A stretch of DNA of 32,000 nt, from positions 3,538,115-3,570,114 of the forward strand of contig NC_017039.1 in the NCBI RefSeq assembly GCF_000284455.1, given 5' to 3'. The notes under the pieces were generated by a model. That model worked only from the letters and a program-made list of their open reading frames with translations, did no database searches and had not been told where the DNA came from. Both the position numbers and the translations under genes were made by a program. Of this stretch, positions 17,729 through 28,953 are shown piece by piece. Origin of the DNA: Synechocystis sp. PCC 6803 substr. PCC-P (GTDB lineage: Bacteria; Cyanobacteriota; Cyanobacteriia; Cyanobacteriales; Microcystaceae). How positions within the stretch are numbered: position 1 is the stretch's first letter; each line of letters starts with the position of its first letter.

Positions 17729-18709
17729 GTGAAATTATCCAGCAAAAATTTAGATGCCCGTCTCGACACGGTTTACGATGCCATCGTTTTAGGGGGAGGC
17801 ATGGGGGGTTTGTCCGCCGCCATCTATTTAGCCCGCTATGGACTGAAATGTCTGGTGGTGGAAAAAGGGCGGGGCCGATCCTTCTGGATGCAGGATTTAC
17901 GCAACTATGTGGGGCTAGATCCCGATACACCGGGGCGGGACATCATCACCCACAGCACCCAACAGGCTCTCCATTGGGGCGCAGATTTGTTGCGGGGTTA
18001 TGTGGAAGATGTAACCGATGAGGGAGATACCCTTGCCGTGAAGGTGAAAGTGGGTAAGAAAGATAGTCTTTATCCGATTTTTCGGACTAAATATGTCATC
18101 GCCGCCACGGGCATTATCGACAATCTACCCCAGTTGGAGGATATGCAAAATGTTTATGACTATGCCGGTTACACTCTGCACGTTTGCATGATTTGTGACG
18201 GGTTTGATATGTGGGATCAAAAGGCTGTGTTGATTGCGGGCACCGAAGGACAAATTAATGCTGCCTTTGTTTTGAATTGGTTTACGCCCTACATTACTGT
18301 TTTGACCCATGGGCTTTGCACTGTCGGTGATGAAATGAAAGCTAAGTTAGCAGACCACGGTTATCCTCTCCACGAAGCGGCGATCACCAAATTTTTGGGA
18401 GAAGACCACAAAATGAGTGGGGTGGAATTGGTAGATGGCACTGTGGTGGAAGCCACAACGGGTTTGATCAACATGGGTTCTGTGTACCATAACCATTACC
18501 TCAAGGGCATTGAAGGTTTGGAATGGGACGGGGAAAATTTGGTCACCAATGACATGGCCCAAACCAGCCATCCCCGGATCTTTGCCCTGGGAGATTTGAA
18601 AAAAGGTTTAAACCAGGTATCCGTAGCAGTGGCCGATGGCACCCTGGCCGCCACCCAAATTTGGCGCAACATTCGCCGGGCCAGTGAACCCCGCAAATGG
18701 ATTCATTAG
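17729..18709 (+). CDS. Thioredoxin-reductase-like flavoprotein disulfide oxidoreductase lacking a canonical NADPH site
   Basis: 326-aa ORF with a GTG start after GAGGAGAGG. FAD motif VLGGGMGGLSAA and redox motif CMICDG are present. The position of the NTR GGGNSA and HRR NADPH motifs reads AGTEGQ and THG. Confidence 0.85.
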   Translation: MKLSSKNLDARLDTVYDAIVLGGGMGGLSAAIYLARYGLKCLVVEKGRGRSFWMQDLRNYVGLDPDTPGRDIITHSTQQALHWGADLLRGYVEDVTDEGDTLAVKVKVGKKDSLYPIFRTKYVIAATGIIDNLPQLEDMQNVYDYAGYTLHVCMICDGFDMWDQKAVLIAGTEGQINAAFVLNWFTPYITVLTHGLCTVGDEMKAKLADHGYPLHEAAITKFLGEDHKMSGVELVDGTVVEATTGLINMGSVYHNHYLKGIEGLEWDGENLVTNDMAQTSHPRIFALGDLKKGLNQVSVAVADGTLAATQIWRNIRRASEPRKWIH

Positions 18710-18738
18710 ATAAATTATTGGCACATAAAATTAGTGGA

Positions 18739-18775
18739 CTTTCGCCCTAGCCCGCCGGGAAACCAAGTTTGACGG
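18739..18775 (+). terminator. Probable intrinsic terminator after the TrxR-like gene
   Basis: AGCCCG...CGGGCT stem (18739-18744 / 18763-18768) followed by GTCTTTT. Confidence 0.45.
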
Positions 18776-18852
18776 GCTGTCTTTTGACCCTTGAACGTTA
18801 TTCTGCCTAGGATAGGGGGCATTCTTTTAGCAGAAATTTACTAAATTTCCCC

Positions 18853-19239
18853 ATGTCCACGGAAAACCCCATCGAAACCAAGTCACCGGAAAACAATCAG
18901 TCTTTAGACTGCAGCAGCCCGGATCCTTCCCGTAAATGGTACCAAGCCCGCCTATTTTCCTTTGGCATTACTCCAACGGGTTATGTGGCAGTGGGGGTAG
19001 CTCCCATGGGGGTAGTGGCCATTGGCATTGTGCCCATGGGGGTGATTTCCGTTGGCATGGTAGGTATGGGGGCGATCGCCGCTGGATTTGTCACCATGGG
19101 GATGGTAGCGTTTGGTGAAGTGAATATGTCCTACTTCGGTGGTCACAAAGGAGGCAAGGGCCATGGTGCAATGCCCACCCAGGAAATGCCCATGACCGAT
19201 AAACCCATGGAAAAACCCATGGAGCACAGCAATCACTAA
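18853..19239 (+). CDS. Hypothetical hydrophobic protein with five tandem Gly/Met decapeptide repeats and a Met/His-rich tail
   Basis: 128-aa ORF with a polar N-terminus, a 50-aa repeat block and the tail HKGGKGHGAMPTQEMPMTDKPMEKPMEHSNH. Confidence 0.65.
   Translation: MSTENPIETKSPENNQSLDCSSPDPSRKWYQARLFSFGITPTGYVAVGVAPMGVVAIGIVPMGVISVGMVGMGAIAAGFVTMGMVAFGEVNMSYFGGHKGGKGHGAMPTQEMPMTDKPMEKPMEHSNH
18979..19128 (+). repeat. Five in-frame tandem 30-nt repeats
   Basis: They encode GYVAVGVAPM / GVVAIGIVPM / GVISVGMVGM / GAIAAGFVTM / GMVAFGEVNM. Each unit starts with GG(N) and ends with ATG. Confidence 0.85.
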
Positions 19240-19284
19240 AGCTAGAATTGGGAAAACTCCTTCACCCCAGTCACCCCAGATTCT

Positions 19285-19674
19285 ATGCTTTCCTCCCTGT
19301 TCTCCGGTGGTTTAACCCTCACTCTAGCCCTTGCTCCTGTGGGGGCATTCACAGTCGAACCGACTCAAATTATTCGAGTTAATTCCCCTACTCTGCAAGC
19401 CCAGGCGATCGACCTTAACGAAGTACAACAACAATTGGAGCAAAATCCCCAACTTATTCAACAGGCAGAGCAATTACTGAGGGAAAATCCTGACCTGGTG
19501 ATTAAAACCATGGAGCAGATATTGAGGAATAATCCCACCATCATTCAAGAAATCCAAGCCATGCCGGGGCTAATGAATGAGATGGCCCGTCAGGCGGGTG
19601 GCATTGTTGATTATCTACAAAAAAATCCTGAATTGTTTCGCCAATTAGAACAAATGATAGTGGTACCCCAATAG
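19285..19674 (+). CDS. Hypothetical secreted helical-repeat protein (NPxL repeats)
   Basis: 129-aa ORF, 45 nt after the previous gene. Signal-peptide-like N-terminus (LTLTLALAPVGAF). Four Gln/Glu-rich repeats are centred on NPQL, NPDL, NPTI and NPEL. Confidence 0.6.
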   Translation: MLSSLFSGGLTLTLALAPVGAFTVEPTQIIRVNSPTLQAQAIDLNEVQQQLEQNPQLIQQAEQLLRENPDLVIKTMEQILRNNPTIIQEIQAMPGLMNEMARQAGGIVDYLQKNPELFRQLEQMIVVPQ

Positions 19675-19691
19675 GAAGTTAGTCTTAACGT

Positions 19692-20324
19692 TTAATTTGC
19701 TTGTTGTTCTAATTTACCTAACATAATTAAACTTTCCAAATCTTCTGTTGCTGTGGGCAAGTGTTTGGCGACCATCATTCTAACTTTTTCGAGTTGAGTA
19801 TCTGTAGCACCTCCAACCATTCGACTGATGTCAGCTAAATCTTGGCTGCGGCTGGCATTTAACTTCATTAAAATCAAATATGGCAAGTCAATAATTGGCA
19901 AACCATCAGGAGCGTAATTGGGAAACTTAAGAGCTGTTTCTAACCAAGGTTCATCAACTTCGAGCACATCCAATGAAGTTCCATTAGGCAAATTCCACTG
20001 ACTACCGGGAATTGTTAAATCGCTCACTTTGGTTGCCCCGGCATCTCTTAGATTTTGATAGGCTAGTTGTGCTCTATCAGCTGGAATTATGATGTCGAGG
20101 TCTAATGTCATACGTTCCGGCATGTAAAGCCTAGTTGCTACTCCCCCGACTACGGCAAAGGGAACATCTTTGATTAATTGACGAATATCAGTCACGGGTA
20201 AATTCCAAGTTCGTTTATTTAAAAAAATGAGGCTACTGCCAGTACCAGGTTTGACCCTTTTTTTAATTAGGGAAAGGAAAATTTGTCTACGTTTTAAATG
20301 GGGGTCGGTAAGTAGGGTTGACAT
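19692..20324 (-). CDS. Nucleotidyltransferase-fold (Pol-beta superfamily, AbiEii/MNT-like) protein
   Basis: ORF 19692..20363 has a TTG start; I prefer the ATG at 20324 (MSTLLTDPH...). Motif VVGGVATRLYMPERMTLDLDIII fits GG-x-A...R-x-T-x-D-x-D. The C-terminal KLNASRSQDLADI segment is typical of such NTases. The region is AT-richer than its neighbours. Confidence 0.6.
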   Translation of the reverse strand: MSTLLTDPHLKRRQIFLSLIKKRVKPGTGSSLIFLNKRTWNLPVTDIRQLIKDVPFAVVGGVATRLYMPERMTLDLDIIIPADRAQLAYQNLRDAGATKVSDLTIPGSQWNLPNGTSLDVLEVDEPWLETALKFPNYAPDGLPIIDLPYLILMKLNASRSQDLADISRMVGGATDTQLEKVRMMVAKHLPTATEDLESLIMLGKLEQQAN

Positions 20325-20451
20325 AAAATGAGATATTTTTTTGTATATTACTTCAGAATACAATCGAGGAAATCTTAACGATATTCTTGTCCTTGAATGA
20401 ACTTAACTAACAATTTAGGTGCTAGTCCCCATTGTAAAAGGTTTATCATAG

Positions 20452-23169
<2,718 letters not shown>

Positions 23170-23174
23170 ATATT

Positions 23175-23342
23175 ATGTACCAAACTGCGTCCCAATTTGA
23201 AGCACAAATGCCCGATGCAAGACTGTTGCTAAGTGATGAACCAGAAATGAAAAGCTCCCTACATTCAGATCAATTAATGACTGAGGATGGAGTCCGCAAT
23301 TCTAACCGAGGAAAGGATTACAATGTGAAGGCGATTTATTGA
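23175..23342 (+). CDS. Unlisted 55-aa ORF immediately after the intein stop (possible gene relic or small protein)
   Basis: Manual translation gives [55 protein letters not shown]. There is no clear SD. It starts 5 nt after the dnaE-N stop and ends 25 nt before lepA. Confidence 0.2.
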   Translation: MYQTASQFEAQMPDARLLLSDEPEMKSSLHSDQLMTEDGVRNSNRGKDYNVKAIY

Positions 23343-23367
23343 TCACACTTCCATTGCCCTGCCCCCC

Positions 23368-25179
23368 ATGACCGACGTCCCCGTTAGCCGCATCCGCAAT
23401 TTCTCCATCATTGCCCACATTGACCACGGTAAATCCACCTTGGCCGATCGCCTGTTGCAGGTGACAGATACGGTGCAACAACGGGAAATGAAAGAGCAGT
23501 TCCTGGACAATATGGATTTGGAGCGGGAGCGGGGCATCACCATCAAGCTCCAGGCCGCCCGCATGAATTACAAGGCTAAGGACGGTCAGGATTACGTACT
23601 TAACCTGATTGACACCCCGGGCCATGTGGACTTTTCCTATGAAGTTTCCCGTTCCTTAGCCGCCTGTGAAGGGGCGTTGTTGGTGGTGGATGCCTCCCAG
23701 GGGGTGGAAGCCCAGACGTTGGCAAACGTTTACCTAGCGTTGGATAACAATCTAGAAATTATTCCCGTCTTAAACAAAATTGACCTTCCCAGTGCGGAGC
23801 CAGACCGGGTGGCAGCGGAAATTGAGGAAGTGGTGGGGCTCGATTGCAGCGACATTATCCAAGCTTCTGCTAAAGCTGGCATCGGGGTAGACGACATTTT
23901 AGAGGCGATCGTCCAACAGGTTCCCCCCCCAGCGGATACGGTGGATCAACCCCTGCGGGCGTTAATTTTTGACAGTTATTACGATGCCTACCGGGGGGTA
24001 GTGGTTTACTTCCGGGTGATGGACGGCCAGGTGAAGAAAGGCGATAAGGTACGTCTGATGGCTTCTGATAAGGAGTATGTCATTGATGAATTGGGAGTTT
24101 TATCCCCCACCCAGGTACAGGTGGAAGCGTTACATGCCGGGGAAGTAGGCTATTTTGCGGCGGCCATTAAGGCGGTGGCCGATGCGAGGGTAGGGGACAC
24201 CATCACCATGGCCAACAGTCCTGCGGCGGAACCGTTACCGGGCTATACCGAAGCTAACCCCATGGTTTTTTGTGGGCTATTCCCCATTGACGCGGATCAA
24301 TATCCCGATTTAAAAGATGCGTTGGAGAAGCTAAAGCTCAACGATGCGGCCCTGTCCTACGAGCCGGAAACTTCCAGCGCCATGGGATTTGGTTTCCGTT
24401 GCGGCTTTTTGGGATTACTGCATATGGAAATTGTCCAAGAGCGGTTGGAACGGGAATATAACCTGGATTTGATCACCACTGCCCCTTCGGTAATTTACCG
24501 GGTCACCACCACCGACGAAGAAGTGATTGAAGTGGATAACCCCAGTCTGTTGCCTCCCATCCAAAAACGGCTGAAGGTGGAAGAACCGTTCATCAAAGTG
24601 GAGATGATCACCCCGGAAACCTATGTGGGCACGTTGATGGAACTGTGCCAAAGTCGGCGGGGGGTGTTCAAGGATATGAAATTTTTCACCCAAACCCGAA
24701 CTGCTTTAATTTATGAATTACCTTTGGCGGAGGTGGTCACAGACTTTTTCGACCAGTTAAAATCCCGCACCAAGGGCTATGCTAGCATGGAATATCAATT
24801 AATTGGTTATCGGGAAAATCCCCTGGTCAAACTGGACATTTTGGTTAACGGTGATGGGGTGGATGCATTGGCCATGATTGTCCACCGGGATAAGGCCTAT
24901 TACGTTGGCCGGGCCATGGTCAGTAAGTTAAAAGAATTAATTCCCCGCCATCAGTTCAAAGTACCCATCCAGGCGGCGATCGGGGCCAAGGTCATTGCCA
25001 GTGAGCATATTCCTGCTTTGCGTAAGGATGTTTTGGCCAAGTGCTACGGTGGCGACATTTCCCGTAAGAAAAAGCTGTTGCAAAAGCAAGCCAAAGGGAA
25101 AAAACGCATGAAGGCGATCGGGACAGTGGATGTGCCCCAGGAAGCATTTATGGCGGTGTTGAAGCTGGATCCCCAATAG
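23368..25179 (+). CDS. lepA: Translation elongation factor 4 (LepA)
   Basis: 603-aa ORF with GTPase motifs [14 protein letters not shown] and NKID, plus the LepA-specific C-terminal domain. Confidence 0.97.
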   Translation: MTDVPVSRIRNFSIIAHIDHGKSTLADRLLQVTDTVQQREMKEQFLDNMDLERERGITIKLQAARMNYKAKDGQDYVLNLIDTPGHVDFSYEVSRSLAACEGALLVVDASQGVEAQTLANVYLALDNNLEIIPVLNKIDLPSAEPDRVAAEIEEVVGLDCSDIIQASAKAGIGVDDILEAIVQQVPPPADTVDQPLRALIFDSYYDAYRGVVVYFRVMDGQVKKGDKVRLMASDKEYVIDELGVLSPTQVQVEALHAGEVGYFAAAIKAVADARVGDTITMANSPAAEPLPGYTEANPMVFCGLFPIDADQYPDLKDALEKLKLNDAALSYEPETSSAMGFGFRCGFLGLLHMEIVQERLEREYNLDLITTAPSVIYRVTTTDEEVIEVDNPSLLPPIQKRLKVEEPFIKVEMITPETYVGTLMELCQSRRGVFKDMKFFTQTRTALIYELPLAEVVTDFFDQLKSRTKGYASMEYQLIGYRENPLVKLDILVNGDGVDALAMIVHRDKAYYVGRAMVSKLKELIPRHQFKVPIQAAIGAKVIASEHIPALRKDVLAKCYGGDISRKKKLLQKQAKGKKRMKAIGTVDVPQEAFMAVLKLDPQ

Positions 25180-25290
25180 TTTGGGATAACTATGGCTGAC
25201 TAACGGTGAGAAATATTCTCCATTGGCGATCGCCGATCCAGGCGGCAACTTTCATAATGGGATAATGGCAATCTTCAGCGCAGGGACATT

Positions 25291-26250
25291 ATGGGCTTAC
25301 TCGTCAACGGCATTTGGCAGGACCAATGGTACGACACGGAAAGTACAGGGGGCCGATTTGTGCGGCACGATTCCCAATTTCGCCATTGGATTACCCCCGA
25401 TGGATCGCCTGGGCCGACGGGGCACGGTGGGTTTAAAGCGGAAGCAGGGCGCTATCATCTTTACGTTTCCCTGGCCTGTCCGTGGGCGCACCGTACCTTG
25501 ATTTTCCGTAAACTCAAAGGTTTAGAAGGAATGATTGATGTTTCCGTTGTCCATTGGTTGATGCGGGAAAATGGATGGACCTTTGCCCCCGGCCCTGGGG
25601 TAATGCCCGATCCGTTATTTAATGCGGAGTATCTTTACCAAATTTATACCAGGGCAGATGCCCAATATAGTGGTCGGGTGACAGTACCAATCCTTTGGGA
25701 CAAACAAAAGCAGACCATTGTTAATAATGAATCGTCGGAAATTATCAGAATTTTCAACAGTGCCTTTGATGGGCTGGGCGCAAAATCTGGGGACTATTAT
25801 CCCAAAGCTCTCCGTACCCAAATTGACGCCCTCAATGACCGGATTTATCACACCATTAACAATGGCGTTTATAAATGTGGATTTGCCACGACCCAAACGG
25901 CCTATGAAGAGGCGATCGCCCCGTTATTTGAAAGCTTGGATTGGTTAGAAGGAATTTTACAGGGGCATCAATATTTAACAGGGGACGAAATTACGGAAGC
26001 GGACTGGCGCTTATTTACCACCTTGATTCGTTTTGATGTGGTCTATGTGGGGCATTTCAAATGTAACTTGCGGCGGATTCAGGACTATCCCAACCTGTGG
26101 CGTTATCTACGGGATTTATACCACCAACCTGGCATCGCTGAAACTGTTAATTTTCAACATATCAAGGGCCATTACTACGAAAGTCATTTGAATATTAATC
26201 CCACGGGAATCGTACCAATGGGGCCAGCGTTGGATTTATCGTTAGCCTAA
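25291..26250 (+). CDS. Xi-class glutathione transferase / glutathionyl-hydroquinone reductase (YqjG/ECM4-like)
   Basis: 319-aa ORF with the catalytic motif CPWAHRT and a YqjG-like N-terminus (GRFVRHDSQFRHWIT). Confidence 0.85.
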   Translation: MGLLVNGIWQDQWYDTESTGGRFVRHDSQFRHWITPDGSPGPTGHGGFKAEAGRYHLYVSLACPWAHRTLIFRKLKGLEGMIDVSVVHWLMRENGWTFAPGPGVMPDPLFNAEYLYQIYTRADAQYSGRVTVPILWDKQKQTIVNNESSEIIRIFNSAFDGLGAKSGDYYPKALRTQIDALNDRIYHTINNGVYKCGFATTQTAYEEAIAPLFESLDWLEGILQGHQYLTGDEITEADWRLFTTLIRFDVVYVGHFKCNLRRIQDYPNLWRYLRDLYHQPGIAETVNFQHIKGHYYESHLNINPTGIVPMGPALDLSLA

Positions 26251-26551
26251 ATATTGTCTTCGATTATCCTTGTCCCTAGACCAATCTCACCTTGGCTAAT
26301 AATTCCTGACGCTCATACTACTGTGGGGCCTCCAGTGTCCTAAATTTGGCATTAGTCGTAAGCTCCGAGTCCAAACCAGGGCAGGGTAAGTATGGGATCA
26401 TTGGCAAAAAATTATCGCTATGGAAGTTTTGCGGTGAAGGAGAGTCCTCCTTGTTAATTGTCGAGGATATTGCTGAGGCGGGGATTGGCGAAAAAGTTGC
26501 TATAGTGAATCTGATTAAAACGCCCTTTGCTGCTGTTTCAGCTTTTGAACA

Positions 26552-27505
26552 ATGCGCATCCTAGCCCTTGTCCCCGGTGGAATCTCCGAGCAAATCCTGT
26601 TTTTCCCAACCATTGCCACCCTCAAGGCGGAATACCCCCAGGCAACGATTGACGTAATTGTGGAACCTAGGGCCAAGTCGGCCTACAGGGTTTGTGCCCA
26701 GGTCAATGAGGTGCTGGCCTTCGATTATCGGGATCGTAACGGTCTGGCGGACTTTTTAAATCTGTTGGGCGTTATCCGTGACCGGGAATATGAAGCGGTG
26801 CTAACGGTGGCCCGGCAATGGACAATTGAGTTGCTTCTCTGGCTCAATGGCATTCCCCAGCGGGTGGGTTACCAGAGCAGTGCTGGTTTCTTTTTGTCGG
26901 CGACGGTGCCTTTTAAACCGGATCAGTATGTTCCTTTTCTTTTTCATGATCTGACCCAAGGTTTTGGCATTAACCGGCCCTGTCCTCCGCTCCAAATTAG
27001 TCTGCCCAAGGCTGACATTGAGTGGATGGAGGCAACCCAGAAAAAGTTAGACCTGGGAAGTGGTGGTTATGTGGTGCTCAATGGCGGAGCCATACGTCAA
27101 CCGGACACGGGGGATTTCCCTTATCCCATTGCCCAATGGCATGAAATCATTGCAGACATTAAGCAAAAACAACCGGGGTTAAAAATTGTGCTGATTCCCC
27201 CGGCGGAGAATACGGGCTGGGTGCAGGCCATGCAGGATCAACATCCGGGGGTAGTTGCCATACGTCCAGGGGATGTGGGTAAAATGGCGGCTCTGTTGGC
27301 TGGAGCTAACTTAGTGGTTTGCACGGAGGGGATTCCCATGCATTTGGCGATCGCCGTTGGGACCTACACCGTCGCTATTTTGGGTAAAACCCCCGCAGCC
27401 CGCATTATTCCCCCGGACCAAGAAAAATTTATTGGTTTACAGGTGCCCAGTGGCAAGGAAGCAGATGTGAAACCAGCCCTAGTATTGAAGAAAATTTGGC
27501 GCTAA
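26552..27505 (+). CDS. Glycosyltransferase family 9 (heptosyltransferase-like)
   Basis: 317-aa ORF. N-terminal MRILALVPGGISEQILFFP and C-terminal GANLVVCTEGIPMHLAIAVG resemble the GT9 fold. Confidence 0.7.
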   Translation: MRILALVPGGISEQILFFPTIATLKAEYPQATIDVIVEPRAKSAYRVCAQVNEVLAFDYRDRNGLADFLNLLGVIRDREYEAVLTVARQWTIELLLWLNGIPQRVGYQSSAGFFLSATVPFKPDQYVPFLFHDLTQGFGINRPCPPLQISLPKADIEWMEATQKKLDLGSGGYVVLNGGAIRQPDTGDFPYPIAQWHEIIADIKQKQPGLKIVLIPPAENTGWVQAMQDQHPGVVAIRPGDVGKMAALLAGANLVVCTEGIPMHLAIAVGTYTVAILGKTPAARIIPPDQEKFIGLQVPSGKEADVKPALVLKKIWR

Positions 27506-27663
27506 ACAATCGGTTTCGGCACAGTTTAAGAAAACTATAGAGATTTGTTAAAGGCTATCATTGCCTCTTTCACTGATAGGATAGGTGAAAAACTTAGTGG
27601 CCTAATTTCTTGGGCTAGAGTCAATCTTCTTTAACCTTCTCTTAACTTTGGAAGAAATTTGTT

Positions 27664-28053
27664 ATGACTAGCATTATGATGAATACCGTGCAAACGTATG
27701 GTAAGACGGTGGAAAAGAACTACAAAGCTGGGGAGGTAATTTTCCAGGAAGGCGCAGTGGAATTGTCTATGTTTGGGGTGTTGGAAGGCGAAGTAGAGAT
27801 GACTTTGCAAGGTAAGTTTATTGAAACCATTGAGGCCGGAGGCATTTTTGGCATAGGAGCCATTGTCCACAGCGATCATCAAAGGGCTTCCACGGCGATC
27901 GCCAAAACCGATTGCAAGTTAGTGGCTATGGACCGGGAACATTTTCTGTTTGCAGTGCAACAAACCCCGATGTTTGCCTTGGAAGTGATCCAGAACTATT
28001 CAGACCGCTACCGGAGTTTGAAAGCATTGTACGAGAAGGCGATCGCCGAATAG
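27664..28053 (+). CDS. Stand-alone cyclic-nucleotide-binding-domain protein
   Basis: 129-aa ORF with a CNB beta-barrel pattern (GEVIFQEG...GVLEGEVEM...GGIFGIGAIV...QRASTAIAKT). No DNA-binding or other domain is attached. Confidence 0.75.
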   Translation: MTSIMMNTVQTYGKTVEKNYKAGEVIFQEGAVELSMFGVLEGEVEMTLQGKFIETIEAGGIFGIGAIVHSDHQRASTAIAKTDCKLVAMDREHFLFAVQQTPMFALEVIQNYSDRYRSLKALYEKAIAE

Positions 28054-28156
28054 AACCAAGTCGATTTGGGTTTATGAAAGCCAGAGGACAGGGCGGGGAG
28101 AATGCAGTTGCTCAACTTCCTGCGGGAATACGGCCAGTGATAGGCTAGAAAGATAA

Positions 28157-28849
28157 ATGTCAAGCCGTTCTGCGGGGCGGAATTCCCCCATCCTTCCTTT
28201 GATGAGCCACTCTGATTTGCCTTTGGCTAACGCTGTCCCCCTCGATAAAATTCGCTACAACGACCAGGGATTAGTGCCGGCGATCGCCCAAGACTATTTG
28301 GACGGCACGGTGTTGATGTTGGCCTGGATGAACGAAGCAGCCCTGGCGAAAACCCTAGCCACGGGACAGGTGTGGTATTGGAGTCGTTCCCGCCAAGAAC
28401 TATGGCATAAGGGAGCAACCTCCGGCCACTTTCAAAAACTTTTGGGCATCCGCTACGACTGCGACAGCGACGCATTATTACTGACCATTGAGCAAAAGGG
28501 GGACATTGCCTGCCACACCGGGGAACGGAGTTGTTTCCATCAACTGGACGGCCATAAATCCCCTCCCCCAGCGGATATGTTGACGGAATTGGCTCGGGTC
28601 ATTGGTGATCGCCGGGATCACCCCACCCCCGAATCCTACACCTGTAAATTATTGGCGGGGGGAGATAATAAAATTCTCAAAAAAATTGGCGAAGAAAGTG
28701 CGGAAGTGGTCATGGCTTGCAAAGATGATGACCCGGAAGCCATCGCCGGAGAGGTAGCGGATTTGTTCTACCACACCCTGGTGGCCCTAGCCCATCACAA
28801 CGTTGATCTACGGGCCGTTTATCGCAAGCTTGGCGATCGTCGCCGTTAA
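28157..28849 (+). CDS. hisIE: Bifunctional phosphoribosyl-AMP cyclohydrolase / phosphoribosyl-ATP pyrophosphatase
   Basis: 230-aa ORF; an alternative ATG lies at 28202. HisI part: [35 protein letters not shown]. HisE part: [26 protein letters not shown]. Confidence 0.93.
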   Translation: MSSRSAGRNSPILPLMSHSDLPLANAVPLDKIRYNDQGLVPAIAQDYLDGTVLMLAWMNEAALAKTLATGQVWYWSRSRQELWHKGATSGHFQKLLGIRYDCDSDALLLTIEQKGDIACHTGERSCFHQLDGHKSPPPADMLTELARVIGDRRDHPTPESYTCKLLAGGDNKILKKIGEESAEVVMACKDDDPEAIAGEVADLFYHTLVALAHHNVDLRAVYRKLGDRRR

Positions 28850-28953
28850 CGGTGCCCAGCCTCGGTCAGTTCAAAAAGCCGTGGTACCATGAAAAAACGC
28901 GGGGAGAATCCTAGTTTTCCCTTCCTCAAAATTTCTCAGTTTTAGCAACAAAT

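Noticed and set aside
26346-26564. 72-aa TTG-start ORF in the 300-bp spacer upstream of the GT9 gene
   Set aside because: It has a non-ATG start with no SD, no recognisable features, and overlaps the GT9 start. The spacer may still hold a promoter or ncRNA, but I cannot support one from sequence alone.
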